A stretch of 53,356 nt of DNA from Catajapyx aquilonaris (lineage: Eukaryota): the NCBI GenBank assembly GCA_000934665.2, contig KZ538341.1, positions 62,001 through 115,356 on the forward strand, read 5' to 3'. The position numbers were made by a program, and so were the translations under genes. The notes beneath the pieces were generated by a model. It had not been told where the DNA came from and made no database searches. It saw nothing but the letters and a program-made list of their open reading frames with translations. Shown one piece after another: positions 13,401 to 28,823 of the stretch (its first letter is position 1; every line of letters starts with the position of its first letter).

Positions 13401-16053
13401 TTGAAGGCCGATCGACATTTCCGGAAACGTGTTGGTTTGTAATACATATTCAACATGTACGTGTCAATGAAGCATTTATATTCCCTTCATTATTCATAAC
13501 ATGCGTTCATACATACCGTTCATGTACACCGTGACTTAATCGAGGGCAATGTGTCGACTCACTTCCTCCAGCACTATAGTATATACGGTGACCTTTTTAT
13601 TATCCCGAGAGACCTTGAACTAAAGTTAGGATAAAACCGATTTTTTAATCTTTCGGTCACTTTCCATCGATGTGTAAGGTTCCGTCTTTCAATGTGAGGC
13701 AGCTCACCTGAACGTGTCAAATGTCAATACCGCCTTAAATTTACCATGAGCACTGCCAGCAATGTGTAATTATCAGCAAATTAGAAAGCGTATTGCCAAT
13801 CCCATTATATATGTGCAGAGATATATCAATATTACATCTGCGGCTTGCGTTTGCTTCAAAATGAGCGTGTAATTAGAGCCGCACTGAAAGATTTATTTTG
13901 ATGTAGTTGTGGCGTGTTGGGGGTGATGAGAACGTGGCTGTAGCTATATTAAATAAGTAAATGTCACGTGTGCTGGACATTGGTCATTTTGACAGTTTTT
14001 CATGGAATGTTGACCAATGAAATTGTTTTGAGTTTTTGACCGTGACATTGGCTAGAGTAAACTTTTGGTTTAGTTTTCATCGTGAGGTTTGAACAAAGTT
14101 GACTGGGTATCGATTTAAAGTTTAAACACTGTAGTCACACATTATAATTGTTCCGAGTTACTTGGACTAAACTGAAAATTGTTACCTGCCTTTTTGAATG
14201 AGCATTCACAGCTCCATCTTTCCACTTTGTAAGTTACACACTCTCCATTGTCGACACACACACTTCCAGCCAGGTTTCCAAGTCTCTCTGATTTTGCATA
14301 TAGAGGCGCAGAACATTGATCGAGCCCTGCTCCCGAGTTTCAGATCCTTTAATGTTAATGAAAGCTATCCGTCAGGTTGTTTGCTAATGAAAATTCGGGC
14401 AGACTCCAACATATATACATTATCCCAATTCCGCTGGCATTTTATTAATAATATGGACTTGTGGGTTTTATACAGACTCATATTCGTTCCGGAGAGCGGA
14501 ATATTTAGCTTTTTTTTTGGTGGTAGCTGAGAGATCATTACTCTCTCGTTTTTGTTGCGCACGTACTGGTTTTTAATAAACGTGCCTTGGGGCATACCTG
14601 AGAGGGCTTTCAAACTGTCAGTTAGTGTTGTGTTATAACTTGTATAGGGTTGAGTAGAGAGAGAAAAGAAGGGAAAAACCACAAAAGAAGCTTTGGGGAA
14701 GGAGGGATGATTGTCGTGTGGCTATCAATCCTCAGCTTCTAGGACATGACCTCTCTGGAGGCCGTCGAAAAACGGAACGCTCGTCTCTTCTTTCCATTAG
14801 AGTGTTTCTCTCCTCCTCTTCTTCTTTTTTTTTGTGTGTGTGCGTGCGTGTTTCGCCCTCCTGTTTTTCCAACATAAGGATTGAATTTTCAGCTCCAGAT
14901 CGATTCAATCAAGGGGGTGAGACATTTTGACTTATGGAACGTCCTGCAAAGGCTTCAGTTGGATGGTTTGAAACTATATATAGCAGTGGGTTAGCGTAGT
15001 TGATCACTCTCGCAGAAACCTGCAGAGTTTTAAAAGTTGCAGCTACCACAAGCGTGTCATAATGTTTTTTCTTCTTCTCTTACAGTATAGTGTTATAGAA
15101 CATAGAAATATTTTTGACCACATTTTTACAAAGATTAAGTTCAAGACAGCTCGTTTGGCTCTTTAAGATTGATCTGATGTTTTTTTTTTAAAAAAAACAG
15201 CATTACAGTCGAATGTTCAACTGTTAGCTCATTAAGTACTGTCAATTATAAATTCGTTCACAAAAATGAGGCTGAAACAGGCTTAATATTACGCCCACTT
15301 GAATAAGGATTTTGATATGAACAGAAGCAGCACCCACATACCTGTCAGTTTGTCACTTAACGTTTGATCAGCTTAATCTAGGTTCCAATAAGGGCTTGAT
15401 AAGTCCGTACCCGCGGAATTAACTGCTCAAACGAAGTGTCCGTTTAATCTGGTTATCCTCCGGAGGGAAACGTTATTAGGTGTCACTTTTCTGCGTGAAA
15501 AGTGTCGCGAACCGAAAACTGCTGGGGCTGGGAAATTAATTGTCTCTGGGTATAGCGTTCTTTACGTAGTGTTTTCCATCTCGACTGGCTGGATGTAATG
15601 TTGCGCAATTCAGAGTCAAGGTGCGTGAGCTTCAGCCAACTTAAGCTGCTAGAATGTAATTAACAGCTGAGACGAGCATCATTATTAGACTTTCACATCG
15701 TCGCGAATGACTGCTTTTTACTACCAACGTGGGAATTACACTTGAAGTATTGTGGGTGAATTTTTTATCAACTCCTTTCAGCTTGCTGATGTAAGGTTAA
15801 GTGTACATATTGCAGTGTTTCTGTTTGATAAATACATACGGTAGGAATTCGCAGTGATAATTGTGGCTGGTAATTAATGTGCATAACGTTTTCCAGAAGG
15901 TTGGAGTCCGTTACATAATGAAATTCAGGTCGGACTGTTGTAGCGAAAACAAAGAGGTGTGTACTGAATTACACAGACGATGGAGACAATTGGTCCAAAG
16001 CAGAGTCCGGCGTTTGTGTTGTCTAATAGCACATTTCGGTCGCAGCATCCCCC

Positions 16054-16324
16054 NNNNNNNNNNNNNNNNNNNNNNNNNNNNNNNNNNNNNNNNNNNNNNN
16101 NNNNNNNNNNNNNNNNNNNNNNNNNNNNNNNNNNNNNNNNNNNNNNNNNNNNNNNNNNNNNNNNNNNNNNNNNNNNNNNNNNNNNNNNNNNNNNNNNNNN
16201 NNNNNNNNNNNNNNNNNNNNNNNNNNNNNNNNNNNNNNNNNNNNNNNNNNNNNNNNNNNNNNNNNNNNNNNNNNNNNNNNNNNNNNNNNNNNNNNNNNNN
16301 NNNNNNNNNNNNNNNNNNNNNNNN
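16054..16324. other. Assembly gap (others at 24316-24347, 27632-27825, 49870-49886)
   Basis: N runs, all close to homopolymers. Confidence 0.99.
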
Positions 16325-19300
16325 ACATTTTTTTTTGGGGGGGGGGGGTGTTCGACATTTCGGGGAGGTTTAGTTCATTGTTGGAACCATAATCTGCATA
16401 TATAAGGTCTGTAAGGCACATGTTGCATTTTTAAACAAATCTTCAGGGTTTTTTTTGTGGTCGTGTGTGAATTGACTATTTGTACAGTACGTGTATGTTG
16501 CATGATTGCGCATTTTAAAAATATTAGCAAATTTTGTACGTTACTCGTAAGTGAAGGACACTTGTGCGCCGATCTGTTAGGATTGTTCTTCATGATCGTG
16601 TGACACTGTTTATTTGCAACACTGACAATGTTGTATTTCAACAGTAAACCATTCTTGAGTAGTCCTGGTTACCAAAATTGGTAAATAAATTCTTGAGTGT
16701 ACCTTCTTCGGACGCTTTTGTCTTCGTCGCAACATTTTATGCAGAAATCTAAACTCGGTATGTACAATTTTTTGTGCTTCTTGATATGTTGAAGGGATGA
16801 CAGGGCGGAGAACTGAATAACATAAATTGTACGTTTTTATTGGGCACTTATGCTCGTGGCATATGCGAGTACTCTTCTCTGCATTTGACATCGGCCATCC
16901 TTGGCAACGAGGTGTGGTCATAAACAGACAAAAAAATAACAATGGCCACACCGAAATTGCAAAATGTTCGCTTTAAGTACTTGTAATGATCCTGTCACTC
17001 TTTCCTGTGCATGATGGCTTCTTAATCTTGGGCCACTCTCGCGCAAACTCTATTCTGCGACAAATGTACCGGATAATGAGGTTTTAACCACTCATTACAT
17101 TCACAATGCTGCTTTCTCATGAAGTACATTTTGTTCACCGATTCCGCTTTGTACCTGACATACCCTGAATTTCTGGTTCAATTTCAGGGGCATTGCTGAC
17201 AACAATGAATAACAAAGCTCCCTTTTTTTAAAAATTACGAATCACGAACCTTCCATACAATTGAAATATTTCCAGTGTAGTGAATGCTACATTGATTTAG
17301 ATGCTGTCGACAAAATTCTGGAAAATGTCGAGCAGTACAGGAAGAATATGATACACACGATCCCTGAATATCGACGCTTTTGAATAACTCGCCATAATTC
17401 CAGTGATGTTACAACATTTAGCTCGGTAATTCCCTATTAAATTAGGGCCGCCGATCATGTGCATTTCATCTTCATTTTGAGTTGGTGCAAATTGGCGTTT
17501 AAATTTTCTCACTTTTTGAGTCGCCTTCCTCAGGTGAACATGCATAATTCCTCCAGATAACAGTTGACATTTAAAGAGAACCGGGGTGCTCTTTAATAAA
17601 ACCCGTACCAAGTTGTTAACCGAGTCTGGACCCCCGAATTAGCCTGCATGTGTCACGTGGCATAAAAGCTTGGGGAGGGGTGGGAGTCCTGTGTTGAATA
17701 GGGCTTGATCCGCAGTTTAATGCGCTAATGGAAAATTAACTTGCAATTGGGTAGAGGAAAGGAGGGGGGGTTGGAAGTAGGGTTGTGTTGAAGGAGGGGT
17801 TGTAGATAGATAGCGGGGGTGGGAACTAGCTCATCACAGGGCTTATTCATTTTTCTTGCTTTAGCCGAGACGAGGCCGCTTTTCGAATAAACATCGCCCT
17901 GACATGGGCCCAGGAAATGAAAGGCTAAGTTGATTAGAGGGCAATGTTGACTGGAGGGTGGGTGAGTAATCTAAAGGGATGTCTGGATATGACGCTGCCA
18001 GGGGTAGGTATTTCCAACCCTTGCGTATACCCCTCAAAAAAAGAGGCGTGGCTTATTAAAGGTCATTGTGATAACTAGCGTCCATTTTTTTTAAGTTTGA
18101 AAAATAATTTTGAAGCGTGTTTTATCCTGGGGTGTAATTAGTTAAAGGAGAAGGGCTTTGCAGAATGGCAGACGTTTAAATCGATAACTCTCGTCGTGCT
18201 TATGGACAAGAAAAGCAAGGGGGAGGGCAGATGAAATTTCAGGAGTGAATAATTTATGCACCTGATCCTTTGCAAGCTGGATACAACTGAAATAGCTTCA
18301 GGGGGGGAGCGCCTGAATAATACATGTCAAGCCGACGATGTCCTTGCTCGAGTAGTATTGTAAAAGGTCTGCATACCGGCAACACGGTACAGTAATTTTT
18401 GCCTTTTTTTTTTTTAAAAAAAAAAAGTTTGACTGTGCTTCCGTTAATTGAGATTTACACGAGCGCGGCGTTGCAATGTATCCGGTGAATTGTTGATTTA
18501 AAAGGACCCTGAATTTAGCCGTATATTTTCGACACCTTTTTTTGCTGGTCACGCATCCCGGACGAACTATAGGAAAGAGCATAAAAATGTAGGGCACTGG
18601 AGCCATGCACTTTGACCTTGACGTCTCGGTTGATTTACCTGGTCTTAAAGGCGCTAGGTAATTTTGGGGAGTGGGTTTTATATTAATGAGATAGCTTTTT
18701 TTTCACCCCCAGAGTGTCCTCCATCCTCTATTCCTACTTATTGCTTGACATTTGGGGAGTTGACCTTTTCGTGCGGGGATTGTCAACTTTCTGGAACTAA
18801 TTAGCGAAAGTCGCCACCGTTACGCGTGTAACCGCACAATTGGAGAGCAGCACAGGGAGCGGAGGAGCAGGTGGAAAAAGCACCGACTAACAACTAACTA
18901 ACCGTTAATTTAATACAGGGTGCTGCTATATAGCATGCGGAATCGGGGAACAAGCTGTTGCGTAACGCGTTTCATTACTCACGAGGGGCGCAATTGGCCT
19001 CTCTTTTTTTTTGTGCACACATGTGTGTGCAGTGTTGTCGTGACACTATATGCACGGGGGTAATTAATGCATCGTAAGCTTCCAGAGATCGCAGGTACTG
19101 ACCACCGATAATACGAGTTGGCGCACAGTATATTGTCGCAGTGAATCATTGCTGCAAGGGAGGGGGTATGGCAGGGAATGTCATACGCATGACAGTTGAA
19201 TTACGCCGTGTTTTTCATCCGTAATGTCAGTTATTATTGGGTCAGGATTCCTAGGAAGACAGAATTTGTCTTCCCAGGAATCCGTGACATTTTATGTCGA

Positions 19301-22300
19301 GGTCGACATGGCATCACGAGCGATTCTTAGAACTTGTTAGTCTGTGTTTTTTTTTTGTGAAATATCGGATGCTGCTGCTTTTTCTCTCTCCTTGCTGATG
19401 GTGTATTGTTTTGAAGCGTTTTAGATCCCGCCGAATGGCAGGGTTTACTTCGATTTTTACCCCCATCCGCTTCTTTTATCTGGTCTGATAACCGTGGTCA
19501 ATAGAATCTCAATGGGATGACCCATTGAAATGGCTCGCTATAAAACGTTTGTTGTATATCGGGAGGAATTATCGCTATGATTTCTTGGCGCTGGACTGAA
19601 TTGTCAGAAAGCAATGACGAGATTTCCGCACATTTTAATCGCCAGATCTGAAGTTTACGACGGCTGCGTCAGTTGCAGATTAAAAACCGGGGTTTCGGAT
19701 CATTAGGCGATAAAAAATTAAAGACCCCGGGTACCTAAACTTGGTCAAGGTCGCCTGTTTTTTTCCACTGGAAATCCGGCCAGTAATACGGAAACAGAGG
19801 ATTTCTTGTCCGCTTGAGCAGCCAGAAAATTTCTTCAGCAGGATGGTTTGTTTTTTAACCTGAATAGGGGGGGAACTCGGGGCCACATCACTCCCACGGT
19901 TTTTACACGTGTTGCAAAAGGCTTTTCGATTGCGGAAGCATCCATTCAGTGGAAATTGCCGATACATCAAAAGGGACCCTCCTTTTCTTTTTCCTTTTCT
20001 TTTTTCTTTTTGGAATGAGATAGTCATAATTTCTGGAATTTCGGAGCCCACCAGTTTGTTGGTTGGGTCTCACGTTTATCACCTGGCGCAAAAAGTCTGT
20101 GGGAATTGCAGTTGTTAACTTTTCGGAATCTGCGAAAGATATTCTGGGCTCTTACAAATTGTTTGAAAAGGATTCGCCGGAATGTGTAGGAAAACCAACG
20201 TTCAAAATGTTCATTTCGAATAAAAGGAATTATTATTATTATTTTCCTGCCAAGGAGTGTTGAACTGTTAAGTATGGGAGGAAGTTCAGATTTTAATTTC
20301 TTCAGGACCCTGACATACCGTATGTTTTTAAAAACATATTTTATATTCTCAATGTAATATCCTTAGGAACAACTTCCTGATTTATGGAAAGGGATCCTCT
20401 AACTATAGTCGTAACTGGAAGTCGGGACAAAAGCTCGATTATCCGGACTCTTGAGAGCTAAGTACGAGCCGAGTAACTTCGTCCACAGGCCGCGGGGTTC
20501 TGTTTGGTCGCCTCTGAACACGTTCTTTATCGGACAGAGTTTCCCCGAGAAATTTTCGGGCTTTGTCACAGTTAATGAGTCACCTGCGAGGGATGATACC
20601 GCCGAGGAAAACACAGCCTGAGTAGGTACTCCTTTGCTGGCCAAGGACTTTGGGAAAAGGCGAAAGGGAAGTTAGATTGATCACCTCGCGGTGGACAACG
20701 GACATTGAGCAAAAAACAACAACTGGTACACTAACAATTCCTCCAGCAGGCTATTACAGAGTGTTAATTCATTATAGCTGGGCCGAATTGGCCATAAACT
20801 AACCACCGGGATCAAATAACAAATGCGCCAGCACAAATCGCCTTTTGAAAATTAACAATCGCGATAGGAATATAAAGTGGAGCCACTAATTAGGGGCGCT
20901 TCCCATATATGAAGTAATTATGATTGCAAAGTGTCGAACAATTGATATTTTTTGGTGGGTTGTGTTGGCTTCATTATTGGCATTCCTGGAAAAATTTAAC
21001 AGGTGGTTCAGCTTTTCTGGAGCCATTTTGCATTTTGCGTTTTCGAGGAAGTGCGGGACAATCACACGGTCTCTTTCAGGTACACCATTTTGGCACTGGA
21101 GCTTATGTTCTGTCCCACTTCCCATTCTTGACTGCCGTGTGCTTATCTCGGTAAAGTAAACTTTGCGCGGTTTGTACGAATTCAGTCCTAATTTGCATAC
21201 TCAACGGGGAGGAACTAGGGGAGAAAGACCACAGGAGGTGTCTGTTTAAAAAAAAAAAAAAGTCAGAAAGGAGATTAAGGCCTGGTTTTCACCGGAGCCT
21301 TCATTTTTACTGCATTTAAACACTGCGGGTGCGGGGCCCTGGAAAAAAAGGGCGCCAGTTTAATGTATTAGTAATTGCTCAGGAGCTATTGTGAGAGCGA
21401 TGGAAGTGGGAGGTGGCAAAAATAATGCATTATAAAAGGGGGGGGGGGGGGGGNAACCTTTCTAGTTTTCATGGGAATTCTGCAATTGTTTGAACGTACT
21501 TGAATAGCATACTGGTTAGCTTGCGGGCAATTTAACGGCGCCAGGATTCATGTGCAATGCATCGACGTCCTGAGGTGACCAGTTCCAGCCGTCTACGACG
21601 TATATATTATGTTGTGCGAAATTGCTCGGGTGAGCATATCTGCATGCCGTGTTTACCATGTAATTATTGCAAGCAAGCGGTTCCAGCCCCCGAGGGAATT
21701 AAATAGTAAAATGCTTTTGACAGGGAGGCGACGCCTGGCTAATATCGACATTTTCGGCCCCTGGGCCATGCTTTTGGCGCAAAATTTGGGTCGCCGCGGT
21801 GGTGTCTTAACACGGCTGGGACCCATTCAAATATTAAAGAAGCAGAACGGCGGCGCCCCCCTTTTTTTTTATCTGTACAAGGTAATCCGACTGAAAACAC
21901 CAGTGGTCAGCAATAGTCATTGACCTGTTATGAGGACAGCGGCAGTGTTGTTCTTCGGGGGGGAAAAAAGCAATGCCCCTGCCGGATATGCATTTTGGCG
22001 AAACGCGATGCCTAGTTGGTGGCTCACCTCCCAGGATGTAATCGGAAGGTTCATGACTCTTAATTGCCGTTTCGTGAACCGGAAATGGCGAGAGAACACT
22101 TTCTTGTTTTACAGCTCCTCGTTTTGTGCCTGCAAGGTCCTGAAGGAGTGTAAGAAAATAGGAGGGGGGGGGGGGGGGATGGTTTTCCGGAACGAATCGA
22201 ATAATCCCCGGCGGAGTATATGTCTCTCTCCGGCTGTGTCCTCGGATGCGACAGTATCAATTGCGAAAAGTGACGTGACTTTACGCGAACGTTTTAATTA

Positions 22301-23254
22301 CTAGGAGAGCCGTAAATCAATTTGCCAGGAGGCAAGTCACCAAGTAACTTGCGCCCGCGGGTTTACGATGTCATTTTGCTCCCGGGTCTGTCACTGAAGA
22401 TGGCTGTAAAAGACAAGGCGGTGGATGGTTCGGTATAATGATCTGCAGTTTTCAGGTCGATGGTTGAATTTATTTGTTTATTTTTATTTTTTTGCTACCG
22501 GAGAACACTTCACGAATGACTTCTTCTTGCATGGTCGGTTACACAACTTTTTTTTAAATACACAGTATACCCTAGTCCCACCTTTTCTCTGGGGATGTCC
22601 AGGGATAGGAAGTAGTAGAAGAAGAAAAACAAGGGAAAGCGAATGGGTGGATAGGTGCAAGCATTGCGGTTAATAGGTCATCCGTGGATGATGGAGGAGA
22701 GGGCCACTTTGTTATCGACTGGGGAAGGATGAATGAGACCACGGGGTTTTGGAGGGAGTGATGGGGGGGTGGCTGCGGGGGAGGGATGGTAAAAAAAGGG
22801 GGGGGGGGGAGAAGTGACGTCAAAGAGTCTCTTACATTGGCAAAAAGAGAAGAGGAGGCCGCATTCAGATCAATATCCCCAGCAAGACTTGCGCGGTTGT
22901 AGCCTGGGCCCCACCAGCCGGTTTTATAATACCCGACGCTCCACAGCGCGGCAGTGGTCGGAAGCATTGTTGTAACATTGTTGCACCGGTGCTGGCATAT
23001 ATGTGCACCAAAACAAATCAACGTTGGGATTGCGTTTTTTTAAACAACCCGAAGCCCCAAGATGAAATATATCCGTGGGTGGATTCCCAGAGGTGCCTTC
23101 CCTGTATAGACTCTCTCAGTTTAATCCCCAAACGATATTGCTCAGTATAGTATTGCGGGCGTCGCTTTTCTAAAGTGCAAAAAATGATTTAAAAAAATGA
23201 ACTGGCAGTGAGGCGCGTAAAATGTGCCGTACGTGCCGCAATTTTCGTCCATTA

Positions 23255-23531
23255 CCTTTACATATATGTATATAAAGCAGGAAGTTTGTTGGGATGTATG
23301 TCACGGCTATCTATCTCACTTCCGGAGGACTGAGAGTGCTGAAACTTGGCACACTGACGTCTTACGTGACACTGATGTAGGGAAAATTCTGAAAACCGCA
23401 ATTTTTTGAGTAAATATACCCAAATGTTAGAATTTTTAAAAATTGTGGTTGGTGTCTCATCTTCGGCAATAATTGTGGCACACATTTCTTTTATTTATCA
23501 ATCACCCTGCGAAGAACGGGTCAACTGCTAG
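23255..23531 (+). mobile_element. Non-autonomous Helitron-like element
   Basis: 5' tatatgtatataaagcaggaagtttgttgggatgtatgtc; internal ctgaaacttggcacac; 3' imperfect hairpin ccctgcgaagaacggg (23505-23520) then CTAG|T, the architecture of short arthropod Helitrons. Confidence 0.7.
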
Positions 23532-26500
23532 TACACCAAATAGGAGGAAGGACTCCTATTGGATCCGATTGTTGCTTTTCGTATCGGCGGTTTTTTTCTT
23601 CTCTCCAGTTAGTCCCGACATGAAAGGACAGACTGAAGTGTGAGATCTTTGCTGCGTTTTGGAGGATGCTGTATGTGGCCAACCGGTTGCCATTGGTTTA
23701 TGGTTTTCCCATATTATAACAGAGGGGGGGNGGGGGGGGGGGGCTCACAGCTGCGGAAACACGATCATTGGCCCCGGGTATTGTCATCGTGTTTTTGGAA
23801 ATTAGGCATGGGGGGAGATATTGGGATTTGTGGTTTGTGCCCGGTTCTAGTTTGGGAAGAGTCAAACTTTGAGTCGCGAGACCTAACTTTGACCGTAATT
23901 GACGCTTGGAAAAAAAGACAAACGTTTTTGCCGCATGCGACGCGAAATGAATGGTGCCGGCTTATGTTGTTTGCCTCGTAATGTTTTTAATGGCTTTTGA
24001 AGGTTGGGTGTCAGGCGCGTAAAGGGATTGATCAATACCTTCTCTATCTGAATTATGATGCATGCACAATGCGCTCCACTTTCTCCGAGATGTCTCGCTT
24101 AATTATATTCATATTTCATTATTATTTTTTTTGGAGTGAAGGTTCGATAGGTGCTCATTTCCTCTCGTATTGTACACACCTGTACATCTCCAGATACTGA
24201 TACTTCCGGAGTTGTGTACACGTGCTATTTTTAGTTCGGCGCGTACTATACATGGAAAACAATAATTTTGTACCCTATCCGTTGTGTATATGTGCACTGT
24301 GGGAGGGGGGGGGGGNNNNNNNNNNNNNNNNNNNNNNNNNNNNNNNNGTGTGAATGTGGCCTGGTACAGTCGGGACAAAATGAGAGGATAGTCAGTCGGG
24401 CGTGGTTTTGGCGGTCGCGGAAATTGAGTGACGGGGGGAGGGGGGGGGGATGGCTCGAGGTGATTCTTCGCCATTTGCCGGGTACAGTTTAAACACAAGC
24501 CGGGTTGCGGCGACATTGCGAAAACCTGCCGGACGTGACATGGACGCAGTGTTTGGTCGTGGAAAATTTTTTACGCGAACGTGAGAGCGGTTTTTAAAAA
24601 TACTATGTCAAATACTAGTCTGTATACTCTATACTATTTTTAAATGTATTGTGGGTAACCGCTTCATTTGCACGTGGTCATTTCACCGTGACGGACGTGA
24701 CTGAATTTGCAGCGTATTATGCTCAATATCCATGGAAAAATTATTATACTGCTCAACAGATAACCTGAGGAGAAAGGCGCACCTGTACGAGCAGGACACA
24801 CACATGTTGCTTCTATATGGCCTGTAGAAAATTCTGGCCTGTAACTAACTGCATTCAATATCACCCACCGAGGGCATCCAGCATTTGAGAAATCAAGGTG
24901 GATGCGCACTAAAGTTGTTTGGCTTCCAATCAACCAAGTCAACACACGGCTGATGGGCGTGTCGACGTGCAAATATCGCATTTAGCCACCTTTACTCTTG
25001 TATATGTGCTCCACTGACCCGAACAATGAATCTTGCTTATATACGTCAAAAATCACGGGAGCACGAACATTTGCAAATTGCCCCGCGTTTTGTGGTTTTA
25101 TTTTTGGCTCCTTTCTATTGTGCTTATTATAACAGTGTGGGATGAAACACTACAGAACGGTTGTGTATAATTTTGGTACATTGGGCCAGCAGCCCCCTTT
25201 GTTTCGCCATTCCCCCGGCTTTTGTACCGTGTCCTGTTATTTTATTAAGTTGCGCACAGGCATAATCGATCTCTATGGGAATGCAGCGCACATTTAGCTT
25301 ATTCTGCTTCAGAAAATTAGGGTGGTGGTGCTGGTGGTGGGAGGCCCGGCCGCACATTCAGATGTGCAGATATTTGGCAAAAGTATTTTTCGCCAACTCG
25401 GGAGGGAAATTTGGTTAGGCCTCGGAGAGAGAGAGAGTGTGTAAAAGTGGGCCAGGCAGGCGCAAATAGATTATCGACCTCACACTCCAGCACAGTCCTC
25501 CTCTCCCTCTCTCTCTCTCTCTACACCCACCTACCCACCCCTCCCAACTCGTATACATTGATCGAAACCCGTATAATAATTCACACTCGGGTGCATATAT
25601 AGAGGCCGATCAATTCTCTTCCCTCGATGCCCGGTAATTAGGTTAGGGACCTGAGAGATGTATGGGAAGTTTAAAGCAAAGGCTTCTTACTATTTCTGAA
25701 AATGACATTCCTCGAGGTAGACTCAGTCTGGCGGAGACGCAGTGCACATGTGTGTGAGGGGGTACACCTCATGCTCCATATAACTACACGTTTGGAAGAA
25801 GAAGTGAAGAAAAGAAAAAAAAAATCGTAGCTAATTTCAGAGGAGCAGTCATTGGCCTCTTGACACATTCACGTGCATATTTCCGAGTGCGGTCTTGCTG
25901 GGAACAATTATTGCCGAAAGTTCTCCTTGAACTTTTGCACTCATCGGTCTATTTCTTTTTTAAACAAATGGGTAATCGGGCGCGTAAATTACAGAACAAA
26001 TGACGAATTCGTCCCGATGGAAAATGATCACGGGAGTATAATCACCGAGTAATTGTAATCAGCTACACTTTCAAAAAGAGGAGTTGGCCCCAATCCGTAT
26101 ATATACACCCTGGTTTTGAGAGGCAATTTGCACAAGTCTGTATGCGAACTGTGCTTGCGCTTGATTACCTTCATTTTGTTCCGAAATGTCGTTCCAAATT
26201 AAGGGCAGGATTATTTGTATACATTGTGAAAATCCAAGAATTAATCACAGATCATCATCTGGCCTTGAGAAACTGTTGATTTTATACTCGAATTTTTGCG
26301 TGAAATGTTGTGTAACATTCACCTTATATTTTGGCAATTGAACAATTGGGAAATGTGACCTTGACCAGCTTTTTTTTTTTCTTCGCAAAATAAGATTTTG
26401 GACACTGGCATATGGAATAGATCGTGACGTGGCAGGGTGCGTGTTACGTGAGTAAATTTGGCTAGAGGTTCGCAGATGAGTTACATTTGCGGACTGATTC

Positions 26501-28775
26501 AGCGCAGGCGGCGTGTTTCACTCGGTTATTTTAGGGTGGCTGGCGAAATAAACTCGGTGTGAAATTGGAACTGGTACTTTTCATAGAGAAAAAATAGGTG
26601 TGGTAGAGACAGGAGGGTGGGGAGGGAGGGAGGGAGGGATTGGGGGGGCTAATTACACAACGTCCTCCACCGTATTATTCAACCATTTTTCATACACTCC
26701 CTCGTGATAAATGGAGCGAAGAGAATGTTAGCAACAATGCACTGAACATCTCTGCCGGACCGCATAAGCTTTTGCTGTTGTCATAAATCAATTTGAGGAA
26801 GAGAACCAATTAGGTGACGGACAATGGGGGTGGTTAATTAAGTCCTTATCCGATGTGCGGCCAGGACAATATTTGGTGAGAGGCCGCGGGTTTTCATTTA
26901 TATAGCTCTGTATTTTATTTACTGCAATTTATATAAGGCATCATATCCGCACAGTCATCGCTTCCTTTCAACAATGGATGTCCCATCACCCGCTACAGAA
27001 AAGAGGTTTTTCCTTGCCTGGTTTTCCTTGCGAATAGTTAATGGCGGAATTAATTATCTTGAGCCTTTGTAATCACCTCCCCGGCGCTACTCCAGATCCG
27101 CGGCTTAAATTCATAATCCACACTCGTCCCTCCCCACCAGAAAATTAATGGAAAATATGGCCGCGTTGTTATGTGCACGTGATGAATTTTTGTTTGTTAT
27201 TTGGTAATATTAGTTGCTCTGTATTTATTGCCGTTTTTTATGCACGTAATCGCCATGTGACGTAATGCGTAATGAGAAACTGTGACGTAGGTTGTTTTCA
27301 TAATGTATGCTGCACAGCAATATGAAACGGAAACGCGTGTAGTCGGTTGATTAGTTCAAATCTAACTTGGTGTTGGCCGGTGGGGACATTATTTTCCGCT
27401 TTCATGACGACAGCTCTTGACGCTAGAAGGCGGATTACCAATCCCCCTGGAAATAATTTTCTCGAGGAAAACTGGTCGCCTGTAATTCGACGAGGGTACG
27501 TATATACAACACAGCCGTTTCGTATACATAAATATTTATTGAACTTGTCCGTGTCGTGCCAATTTGATCCGGATTATTAAAATGAGATTTATTGACCGGA
27601 GCTTTTTTTTGGGGGGGGGGGGGGGGGATACNNNNNNNNNNNNNNNNNNNNNNNNNNNNNNNNNNNNNNNNNNNNNNNNNNNNNNNNNNNNNNNNNNNNN
27701 NNNNNNNNNNNNNNNNNNNNNNNNNNNNNNNNNNNNNNNNNNNNNNNNNNNNNNNNNNNNNNNNNNNNNNNNNNNNNNNNNNNNNNNNNNNNNNNNNNNN
27801 NNNNNNNNNNNNNNNNNNNNNNNNNTTTTTTTTTTTTTTTTGCTGAGTTTTCCCTTACTCTCTGCGGTGTTTAGGCCCGGTTGTCAATTTAAAAAACTGG
27901 AACGTTGCCACCGGGTGGAACGGCTGGTCAATCCAACATTGTGTACATGGAGCTGAAAAAAAAAGAGCGGTTTAGCTAAATGGCATATTTCGGGAGATGC
28001 GAAGGTTGCGCGCACACACACATATACCCAGGGGGAAATATCACAAAAGTAGCTCAAGGCAAAAGCTCCGTACGAGAATGAGTATACTATTCTTCTTCCT
28101 CCTGTTGCACTTTTACAAGTTTATTTATGATCTGTGAATTCTCCCAAGGGCGGCCTAAGGGGAGGGAAAAAAAAGAGAGTATGGTCAGGATTCTATTCCA
28201 AAACAGTGTTATTACCTCATCACCTGCCCATTTTCTTTTGTTTAAAAAAAATATATATCGCGGCAGTGTCGCCCGCGATGAATTATCGCGATTTGGACTT
28301 GTTCCCCAGTGTGATGATTCAACTGATTACGTGTCTTTACTGCGGTTGTGGGAGAGCGAGAGAGAAAAGTGTTGACAAAAGGTGTACCCATGCGCGTAAT
28401 ACCCTCCGGATGTGCCCTTTGCGCTATTGGCCCGCCATTTTTTCGCACGTACACCAAGCCGGCTTTATAGGCGCGATCTCACAATGCATACCGCACCTCT
28501 CCAGCATTCTTCCTGCTCATCATCTGCATTCCTTTGGGGCCTTTTTTTTCTTTCTCGATCAACAGGTCTGTAATCCGTCTTTTTTTCCACCCACCAGTTT
28601 ATTGAGAGGTGACAGACGCGCGGTTTTCAAATAATTTAATTTAATTTTGAAAGGTATACTTGTGGTTGTGTCGGGAGCGTTGTGGACGTGACCTTGCCCA
28701 GGTTTTGCAACTTCCGATCGAAAGGTACGTCCTTGGCCAGAGTTAAATATTCAGCGGTTGTCTCGGGGTGACCCG

Positions 28776-28778
<3 letters not shown>

Positions 28779-28820
<42 letters not shown>
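28779..28820. repeat. (TC)21 microsatellite
   Basis: Read directly from the sequence. Confidence 0.95.

Positions 28821-28823
<3 letters not shown>

Noticed and set aside
15861..16421. ORFs of 130-170 aa (likewise 27564-27956)
   Set aside because: Mostly translated assembly gap.
20321..20338. 18-bp perfect palindrome TATGTTTTTAAAAACATA and many TnAn junctions
   Set aside because: Explained by abundant A/T homopolymers.
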